Of a DNA stretch of 64,000 bases, positions 51,327 through 62,500 are shown piece after piece. The DNA is taken from NCBI GenBank assembly GCA_965113315.1, contig OZ220368.1. One strand, given 5' to 3'. The stretch is from Podarcis vaucheri (lineage: Eukaryota). Position numbers and translations under genes: made by a program. Under the pieces are notes generated by a model. It made no database searches. It saw nothing but the letters and a program-made list of their open reading frames with translations, and was not told the DNA's origin. Each line of letters opens with the position of its first letter. The stretch's first letter is position 1.

Positions 51327-54300
51327 GACACAGTTAGGGACTACAGTAATTTTGTTATATTACCAGATCAAGTTGTGTGATTTTAAAGGTGATCATTGTA
51401 AACAGGAGCACACTTGAACTTTTAAATTCTTTTCAGCTAAAGCAAGCAAAAACTATTCCAAAAGAAATTTTAATTTCTTCTAATTAACTTGGACACCTTC
51501 CATACTAACAGCATGAAATCTGTCTGAAATGGCGCCCACCTTATTAGCATAATTGGTCTTGGTAACATTTTATTGGCTCTTTCCCATTCTTCCAAGGCAA
51601 TTTTGCACAATCTAATTAACACGAAAAGATTAGAAGATATTCCAAAGTAGGGCTAGGGCATCCCTCTGAAGCAAGGGTGCTCAAATATGCAAACACTCCT
51701 TCTCAAATGACTGCGAGGAGAACCAAAGCGGTCTGTTCTGCTCACCCTCCACTCCCCCCGCCCAGGCTAGTCCCACTTTCCACAAGGCTGTGTGGGGCTG
51801 ACTGCCTATAACTCCCATGATCCCTAGCTAGCAGGACCAGTGGTCAGGGATGATGGGAATTGTAGTCTCAAAACATCTGGAGGGCCGAGGTTGAGGAAGC
51901 CTGACCTAGAACTTCAAGAATGGTTGTTGCAGGACAAAAACCAAAGCTGTCGCTGATAATCCTCATGCCCCAAGGGCCTTTCAGAAGCAGGTTTGCTTTC
52001 TGCCCCATGCATGGTGTTTTCAGAGATGAAACATCTTTACATCTACCTGGTTAAAATCATGGAGACCGTATTTCTGCTGATTTCAAGTAGGTATATTGAA
52101 AGACACTGCAGTTCAGACAATGGCTGGCAAACATTTTTATGTTTAGTATGTGCAAAAGCCCTCAAGCTTTTATGAGTACTAAAAGGAAGCAAAAACCTTT
52201 GAGCTGAACACAGGGATGTTTATGTATCTCTGTTCCAGAGTAAAGTGTAAACTCACATCCACATCTATATGAATGCACTATTTTCCTTAAATAATTTAAA
52301 TTGTTGCTGGTTTAATTCATTCAAATTATTCCAAGATCATATCTTTTCTAGATCTAGTTGCAATTCCCAAAACCAGCAGAGACTTAAACCTGAAACAGGT
52401 GTGATAAACTTTCAATTTTGCTATGGGCTCCAAATTTGATGGCAATCTGCATGGTAATCTAGAAAAAGAAAGAAGCTGTAGTTTTCTCTTTTGTGCAAAC
52501 TACATCACTACGGAGGGGAAACTACGTATTTTTTCATGTTCCATCTGTTTGTCAGAGGCAGAGTCTTAGCTCACTTGCATACAAGTTTGAAGAAGGTAAG
52601 AAACAGCAAGAGAACGACTGGTATTTCTAACCTTCTCCAAACTGCTGTGTAAGAAAAGGCACCACATCTTCCTTTAGCCTTCTGACAGGCGCAGGTGACG
52701 GGTGTGTGTGTAGTAAAACTGATGTTTCATGCCTGCCTAGTTTGAACAAGATAGTGAGAATGTTTCCTGGCAATCTAAAGCTATGCACAAGTGAGGAAAG
52801 ACTCTACCTCTCTTCTAAATTCTATGCATGTGCTGGAGGGCTTAGAAGGAAGGTGAACTCTCACTTGCTCAGCAGTTTGAAGGTCATAAATAAACTGTGA
52901 GAACAATATATTTCTACGTGGGCCAAATTTAAGATCCCAATTGGATAGCTGGGCAGCTGGACATGTCAGTGAAATCCTGAATATTCAAATATTGTTATCC
53001 GCTTTGTGCTGTGATTATGAGATGTACTAAAGTGTGAAAGAAGTAATCAAGAAACACAGTGAACACACACACACAAAACAGAGAGGCAAGTTCTCAGAAA
53101 ATTCTTGTAATAAGGAATGTTCTTGGGAAGGTATGAATGCCAGGTGATTACTCTTACTTACATATCTTTCCCAGTCAATCTCTGAATAAAACCCATTTGG
53201 AGCACCATTGGTTCTCTTCTGCAATACACAGTTAAAAATGATAAGTTTTATATTAAAAAGGGGAGAACAGCAACATGCACTAGTTTCTTAGACGAGATGA
53301 CAAAGTCATGAGTTTTCAATTTGGGATGGTCACTAAACTAAAGTGGGCTCTGGCTCCCTGCTAATCAATCTCTAGAAAGAGAATGCCAGCCTCTCAATCT
53401 TTTTTGAGAAAGTAATTTCCAGTGTTTGAACTCTTGAATTTTTCAAACCTGATAAGCCAAGAGCAGGAATTGCAAGGAAAGACCATGCTGCAAGACATTA
53501 CGGCTTATGGGCAAGACAAATGAGGATAGAGCTACAACTTGGTGGTAGAGCATGTGATTTGCATGCAGAAGGTCTCAGGTTCAACCTCTGGCATTGGTCA
53601 AGTAGCAAGACCTGAGAACCTGGACAGCAGCTACTAGTCAGATTATACAATGCTGGATTAAATGGAAATTAATAATATGATCTGGTAGCCCCCTATGTTA
53701 CATTTGAATGGAAGTGATGAGTTAATTAAGCTCTCCTAACTTTAAATAAGTATTAATTTAATTTGCTGTACTTCATTTCTGAAGCCTTCGAAACCAAAGC
53801 GGTCAGGTGATCAAATAGTGGGCCAGATTCAACTAATGAGTCCTGCTAGTGGAAATGAGCAGAAGGTCTTCCATGATCCCACTCCTCCCTCTCCATGCAA
53901 TCCCAAATTGGTGGGGGGGGGCATCAGGGAACCCCTCAAAACAGTGTACAGGGGTGTGGGGAGAGAAGAGGGTGATTGTTCTGTCTGGCAAGCTGAAATG
54001 CTTGTAGTGATGGAATGATCTCCTTAGAGCAATGCTGAATTCTTCCCATAGTCTTGAGCCATTTACAAAACCTGGAGAAGTATACAATACATAGCAGACT
54101 AATGAGGAGGAGGAAAGCCACAAAATAATCATATAGTTGTTCAGATATCAATCAAATATTTCATTTCAACCAGCTGTTACCTTCAACATTCAAGGAATGT
54201 CCTATAAAATATTCTATTTTTGCATGAAACGTGTGAAATTATCTATGAAATTATCTACTTCCTAATGCATATTATGAACGCAGTCCTGAATTATTTATCT

Positions 54301-57300
54301 TATGAATGTAGTTTTCAAGGTGAGCCTGGCACACGAGGTAATCCATTTCTATTTCTAGTTACCTGTATCCATCACAAATGATCCAAATTCTACTGAATAT
54401 TAGGAAACCATACTGAGTACCTAAACATAATTAGACATCTATGGACACACAGAAACACATCAGAACCACAGGGGCAAAAACATATGTGGTTGGGCATCCT
54501 ATGCAGAGCACCTGGAGTAAAAAAATACATTGAAGTAAGTGATGCATAAACAATGCCAAACATACATTTGTACATGCAAACTTTTTTTTGGCCAGGCTTA
54601 CACAACCAACCCCCGGGAAGCTTTAAACCAATATTCATGTCCTTACCGAAACTGATTTTCCTCCTTCCTGTGCACACTCTGCTTTGTTATTGGAGGGTGG
54701 ATCATGAGGATGAGGGCTGGGTGGCTGGAATGGATTTTGTTTTTTTATAGAAAAAGGGTTAAAGTATTGGGTGGTTCGGTTTTTTTAAAACACATGAATC
54801 TACATGGAGTAAGCAAGCTCAGAATGCACTTTTCAAAGGCATTACTTGCCAAATGTAAATGCTGCTGTCAGCAGACTATTTTGGAACGTATGTTAGGGCT
54901 CTATTCAGCAGAAATTGGTTCTCTTATAACTGAGTGGCATGGACAATTATCTCTAATGCTAAATGTTTTCCCCTTATTTCCTTTGAGTAAGATGTTTACA
55001 AGACATAACGTTTTCATGCATTTCAGAACTATGTCCTCATACAATTCTGCAGAACATGCTTTATTTAATGTAGCAGCCATTGCAGTGGGCCTTTAGAGTC
55101 TTGTAATATAACTCAGCATTTCTTTTGTAACTGAACACATACCTACAAGAAGTGACTCAGTGAATGTTTTCATCCTGGTTTTGTGCAAGAAAAAGGTTAG
55201 CAACATTTTGCTATTAAGTAAGTCTTGAAGAGTTCTAGGGAATATGATCCTTCTCTAAGTGCCAGCTCTTTTGCTACTGATCATCACCTACAGTCTTTTA
55301 TGACCTCTAGTCTACAAAGTAAATAAAAAACAGGCCAATAACATGAACAGTTTTCAAGCATACTTTAAAATTCTGGTCATTTAGCTACTTCTTCTTTTTT
55401 AATCTGATTAAAAATTGCAAGCACATAATTCCAAAGTCAGCATAAAAATAAGGCTACATTATACTAAATATAGCAGAATAAATTATTCAGGTTCATGTTT
55501 CACAAAGTAAGCACCTTCTCTTAATTTTAACGTGAGAAGGGATTGTGTACAATTTTAAAGAGAATGTAATTTTTTTGTACTAAATGAGAAATGAAGTTAG
55601 CATCGTTCTCATAGCCTCCGAAAAGCAAAATGCCACATGAGGAACATCATCAACAAACGTAGAAGTGAAGGCCTTAAATGAAAAATCTTGGGAAAGCACT
55701 AGTGTGTCATAATGAACACACCGAGATGGTGACGGTGCATGAACCAGCATGTCATTTGTGGTCAACACCAAGAAAAAAAAGTTGCTCAGCAGCTCATTGC
55801 TTCTCAGCTTGCCTCACAGAGGATGAGAGTTACTAGGAGACCCCAGCATCCCTCAGAGAGCGACAGTCCCAGAGTTCTATGGGAAGAGGGATTGTTAAGC
55901 CACTTTACAGGCAGGATTCAACTAACTAGTCCTGCTAATGGAAGCCCACACAAGGACTTCCACTAGGGCAATGGGGATTTCCCCCTCTTCTCCTCCTGTG
56001 TGTTTCCAAACAGACTCAGGTGTGTGTGTCAGGAGAACCCCTAGAATAGCATACAGAGCTAGGGAGAGGGGGGTTGTGCCATCTGGCAAGCTGGAATGAT
56101 AGCCATAGCACTACACTGGATTCCTCCCTGGGAACTGTAGTTCTGTGAGGGGAATAGGATTCTACTAACAACTCAGCACCCTTTCCAAACCACAGTTCAC
56201 AGGATTCTTGACCGTTTAAAGTGGTATGATACTGCTTTAAATGTATAGTGTAAATGTGGCCCATATCTTCAAAAAAAAGCCAGTCCTCCTCTGCCTTTGG
56301 TGTTAAATTTAACTGGGTGGTGGTGAACAAGTGAGGAGATTGTTTCTCACACCAGGTTTCTGTGTTTCCTTCCTCCCTTTTTAGACCAAGTATTTCCCTC
56401 CATATCATATCATCCATCTTCCAGTCCCACACTGGTGATCTGTTGGGGACAGGAATGAAGGAGAAAGACTGCTGAATGTGTGCAGGCTGTTTCTATGAGC
56501 TGGAACCCCGCATGCTCAGGAATTCCAGCTCATGGGGGCATTAGGAAGACTTCTCCCCTTCAGAATTCCCTCATACACGTTGACGGTGTTGGGGAGGACC
56601 ACCATGAGACAAGACAACGGAGGAGCATGTGGGGACTCTCTACATGATCTCGGGTACACAAAGTGCCTGAAGGGGCAGTGCACCAGTTACTTCTTTAAGC
56701 GTGTAACACAGATGGGGACTGCAGGTTGAATCAACGTGCAAGTTGGGAAAGTGAACAGCGTTGTTTTTCTTCTGCTGAACAGAGCCTTGGGCTGAACCAT
56801 TAAAAACAGTATAGAGTTCCAAATGTGGTCTGCTTTTTGAATCTTTAAGCTAAAAGCACTTGACAAAACACAATGGGGATGCAGAAGGATGTGTGGATGC
56901 AGGCTTTTTTCAATCTACAGCTGTGACCCTAAGCACATCTACTTGGACGTTCAGTTCTTCTGAAATCATTAATATTTACTTGCAAGTAAATATGTTTAGG
57001 ATTAAGGATCTTGGGTCAGAAGTTTAAATAGACAGAAGTTGAAAGAAAGAAAAAGTTATCAGGGCCTTTCCAGAAGACAAAGCCCCACCAACCCCTTGAG
57101 TTATTTATCAAGATATGATTGGGCTAGCCTCTATCCAGCACCAGATATTTCACCCCATTTAAAGTTGTATAGTTCTTTCGCCCCCATTCTTTCATCCCTA
57201 TACATTTCTGCTGTACAGGGGACAGATGCTCAGCCCTTAAAAAATAAAAATAAAAACCTACAGGAGATGTGCACTCCTGTATTGGAGAAGGAATGGCATA

Positions 57301-59496
57301 GCCTTCTAAGAACTAAATAAAAGGAAAAGGGGATTTGCAATAGAGCATTGCTGCAGGAGGAAGAAAAGAAAAAGCAGCCTTGGTTTGTTTTGCCACTGTT
57401 TGTGAAGATAAATGCTCCAACACCAGAAATATGAAGAAACATGATCACAGGCAGGGAAGTCAGCACTCATCACTAATGGCTCTATCTGTGGTCGTGGCAC
57501 TCATAGAATCATAGAATCATGCAATGCATCCTTGCAAAGCACTCGCGAAATAGCAAGGGACATGCTAAGTAGGGAAGAACCCAATTTCCCCACTGACATA
57601 GTACATGCTTGGACAATGCGATATTCCAGACACAGATGCATTTTCTTTAAGGAAGACATCTGAATCAAACCAATGAAACAGCAGCTCATTTATTACGCAA
57701 AATAATGATCATCTGGAAAGGCCCTTACTACTCCAATTCCTTTACTTTTAGGAGAGAAATGACATTGTTTATGGCTGGTAGTGTTTCCATTCCACTGCTG
57801 AAAATCTGGTGAAGACTAACAAATGCTCCAATTTTCCTTAGAGTCTTCACAAGATAAATTTAAATGGGAGTTTTAAAGTCAGGAATCAATAAAAAGTGAA
57901 GTAAAATCCATATCTGAGCCCAACATTCTTCATTGCAAACTTAAAGCCTAATAGCTGATGTGGTACATTTCCTTCTAAAGTCCAGTTCTAGCAGAGACAG
58001 AAAACCTAAAACCATAAATAAAAGCAACAGTAACTCAACAGCAACCCTTCTCCTATTTCTATTCTCTACAGGAAGGCTTCCTGAATTGTTATTTTTAACC
58101 AATTTAAAATATTTGCAGGTATTAAATGTTTCTTCATTTTTCATGTAATTGTTTGTCTTTATTCATTGTATTTATGACTATTATTAGAAAATTTATCTCA
58201 CTTGATAATCCTTTGACCAAAAAAGTTTTGAGAGAAGGGCCTTAGACACTGGATATAAGCCAATGCACATCAGACAGTGTATCAACCTTGATCGTTTTAA
58301 TATTATTAACTATATTAAAATAGAAATAGGGCAAAGGGTTCAAAATTGCTTATGACGATTCACAGGATGGGGGAAGCATTTTCCATTAGACACATCTAAT
58401 TTAAAGTTAAGACTAATTCAATATATAAATTCCTTTAAATACTTACAGTTCCATCCCTGTCTGGTGATCCTCTGTAAGAAAGCAAAAATATGTACCATGA
58501 CTACAAAACATCAAACCTCCTGCATTAAATTTTTGGAAATACTTTCTCCTCATTATTTTTAAAGGTTGGAGTTCTGCACTGCAAAACAATCAGCCAATAT
58601 TGACTCTTTCACACATGAATCATATCAAAGGGGCACAGAAAGGGGCTGCAGGGCCATGTCACTATCCTCCACCTTGACACTATGCTGCTCTTCAAGCCTT
58701 CTGGGCCTCGGTCCCTCTAGACATCTTCATGCACAAACCTCCCATGTGTTCTGAAACCCTACGTGACTGGGGTCCCATAACATATGGAAAGTTTTTGCAC
58801 ATAAGGTCTCTCCTGAATATGTCCACACCTAACATACAGAAAAAGGGACGCGGGTGGCGCTGTGGGCTAAAGCCTCAACGCCTAGGGCTTGCCGATCGAA
58901 AGGTCGGCGGTTCGAATCCCCGCGGCGGGGTGCGCTCCCGCTGTTCGGTCCCAGCGCCTGCCCACCTAGCAGTTCGAAAGCACCCCCGGGTGCAAGTAGA
59001 TAAATAGGTACCGCTTACCAGCGGGAAGGTAAACGGCGTTCCGTGTGCGGCTCTGGCTCGCCAGAGCAGCGATGTCACGCTGGCCACGTGACCCGGAAGT
59101 GTCCCCGGACAGCGCTGGCCCCCGGCCAATAAATGTGAGATGGGCGCACAAACCCCAGAGTCTGTCAAGACTGGCCCGTTCGGGCAGGGGTACCTTTACC
59201 TTTACCTTTAACATACAGAAAGGGCGAAGGAGCTGCATCACTTGAGGGTTGGGACAGTGAGGCAGCGCCACTGCTCCATTCATCCTATCATGCTCGGTTA
59301 TGCAATTCACACATGAAGGGGACTTGAGTCGAGACACAATGCGGGACTGCTTTTTAATCAAATCGACATCGATTAGTTGACTTTGAACAGAAGAAGAGGC
59401 AGCCAATGAGGCAAATTATCACCATAGCTATGTCTACCAGCTGTTCTAGGCCCTTTCTTCCCCTCACAGAGATCACCTCAAGAAACTGCCCTGTGA

Positions 59497-59543
<47 letters not shown>

Positions 59544-62500
59544 TTATTATTTATACCCCGCCCATCTGGCTGGGTTTCCTGTGAGGAAAGAAGTAAAGAA
59601 GTATCAGTTAATGAAGCAAACTGCTATTATATAGTCACTTTTCTTGAACAGCTCATTTAAAGACCACATGCATAATTTTTACTTTTAAAATGTTTTATCA
59701 CTGGTTTTAATTTATCTTTGGAAGCCTGGTCGACTGAAGAGTAGAGTAAAAATACTTTAATAAATAATGAATCTTCTCTCACTGAACATGGAACCCTGCC
59801 CTTGTCAGCTCCACTTCTGACCTTCAGAGTTCCTGTTCTGGGGTGGATTATGAGAATGTTCTGCTGAATGTGTTTATAACCTCCCTTCTGATCTTCGCAG
59901 TAAACTTACAAAAGTCAGAAATGGAGGAGCCAGGGTCAGGTATATAAGGCGTAGGGGCTGGTATAAGCAACACCAAACCCTCTCCACATACTCTTAAGAT
60001 GCAACCCAAAGAATGCTTCTCCCTTTTCCTCAAATTTGTATCTATGAAATAAATAACTGCTTGCCGGCAGAAGGCTATTTGTCAGGCTGAACACAATGAA
60101 GATTGTGTGACATATATGAAGAGTAGTAGTACCGGAATAGAGCTGACAACACAAGACCCCTACAGTTTCTTAACAACAGAGGTTTAGAAAAGGCTCATTT
60201 CACTTCTGTAAGTCTGCATAGTTGGAGACCCATATTGCAACATAAAGAAAAACCCAGAATGCCTGAACAGGAAAACAGCACAAGGGTCTTCAGCAGTTAA
60301 TGTCTCTGCTAACTTACGTGTTTCAAAATTGTATTTTCAACCAGCCCATTATAATTACACACTTCCACTTTATGATACTATAAAGCTATACCATTAGTGC
60401 TCCCAGAGTGCCCATAAAAAGGGAAACTTAAATTATTAAAGATTATGTCGGGCATTCAGCTTGATGCAATGTAGAAGGTTAGTTGTTATCTCAACAATTT
60501 CCTCTAGAGAAAAATAGAAAAATATTTAAAACAGTTTCGGTTGTCTCTATGCCATTGTTGCAAGCTATCAACACTGAAGTTTGCAGGGGGGGTGGCAGTT
60601 CTTAAATATGAGCTGGTATGAGCTTTGTTGTTAGACAGACACATTAGTGAATAATAATTCAAAACACACAATTCTGCCTGCTCCCTTCTTGATGTTCTTT
60701 GTTCAGTTGGCCCTGCTCCCCTTTCACCTAATGTTTCATATGAACAACAAACATTCCACTTACAGTGGAAATATAAATAATTCTCTCTTACGATTTAGGG
60801 AGAGTCGCTCAAGTTAACCCTGCTTAGAAGAACACAAATCCAAACATTTAATTTTCAAAATGTAATAAAAAAAATAATCAATTTGCCTTGTATTTTTCGC
60901 AATGATTGCTATTACATGGCAGCAAACAATAATTGTTACTGCATAGACATATAATGGTGGAGTTGAACTTATAAAGTGATATCCAATGTTCATAATTCTC
61001 AGGCTTAGGCCCACTGAAAATCAATGCACAAGTCTCTTAGGCCTGTTGGTTTTCAGTGGGTCTAGTTTGAGAAGGACGAACACTGGGTATCATCCATGCT
61101 TGCAAAGAGTTTGTTGTGCACACGCATTACATTTTTTAGGTAAATAAGGCATATGTTTAATCAGAGAAGTGCCAGAACTCAAACCTGCTGAGAAAGTCAA
61201 AGATTCTAATCTTAGATGGGACAAAAGCTAGTTTTAGTTAGTGGTGAGGAATCTGTCCCTTGTTGAGGAGAACCATTATCCTTATTTTATCACATGTTCC
61301 AGAAATGGAGCTGTAGCACTGATCAACTTCAGGCACTGAAGGTGGATTCTCTGTCAGCTTAAATGAATCTATAGTTGCAGCAACCTCCTTTACCTGTTGC
61401 TAAGCAACCCATTCACAGGCTAGGGCTGCAGTAGAGGCACACACCTTTAAAGATGAGGAAATAACTGTTTCTCCCTACACTTGGGGCAGATTGTAAATAT
61501 GTTATTGGGAACTAACGTTGTTGTTCACTTTCACCCAGGTCACCAAAAGAATTTGGCAAAAGCAAATCCCCAAACCACCCAAGAAACTGACAAATAGACC
61601 TGCAATAATCACAGCAATAACTGACCTACAATAATCACAAATTGACCTGCAATAATCACAGGAACCAAAACAGTATGACCACTCTCTCTCTCCCTCGCCA
61701 CCCTCATCATGGGCTGGCTGAGTCAGAACAATACAGATGGATGGTTTGCCAAGGAACCAGGAAAGGCTCAAGGGGGATAGGGAATTCAACCTGCTCTCTT
61801 GCCTCACCCATTTCCACAACAAGATCCACAAGCCATGCTTCCCTCTCCATAGCCATCAGAGCCTTTCCCTGAAACTTTCACGGTGCCTATTGCTCCACCT
61901 AAACTGGTGCTTTCAGACACGAGGAGTACCCTTGCCTCTGCCAGCCCCACCCAGCTCTCAGGGTGGGGGGAGGCAAAGACACCTCCCCTGTCCTCCAGGA
62001 GGAGCTAAAGGAGTAGGAACTGATTATTCTGCCTACTGGGTGTAGTGAGAGATTGCTGAAGAGCAGAATTTTTTCCTGCACTAAGTTGAGCATGTCCCAA
62101 TCCTATATAAAAGATAGCAAGGGTGTGTGTTACTGTCAGATCAACTGTCCAAACCTTTTGCGTAACTGTACCTAGGAATAATAGTATGTATTGCCTATTA
62201 TGGCTTAAGCTGAAGATTTGCATATGTATACAGCAATCTAAACATGAAAGCTTTTGGAAAGAATCCTCTTTCCAGTTCTTGAGCAACTGGGAGCCAGAAC
62301 GCCCCCTTTCCACTCTGTTTTCAGGGGGGGGGGAATAGTTCAATTTGTACCTCCTGCCCCCTAAAAGTGCTATAGAAATAGAGGGCAGGAAAACACTTGA
62401 AATAGTTCAAACCCACCCCCAATCATCCAGAAAGGTTAAGCATCGCATGTTACAAAACAGCTTAACATCAAAAGCTATTCACCAATCCCATTATGTTCTA

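Noticed and set aside
56350-56440. Strong acceptor tctttctccttcattcctgtccccaacag at about 56440
   Set aside because: The phase-0 reading hits a stop after 9 codons and there is no frame-compatible donor.
61597-61660. Spaced 17-nt direct repeats, superficially CRISPR-like
   Set aside because: Vertebrate intron, spacers only 4-9 nt, no cas genes; a local tandem duplication.
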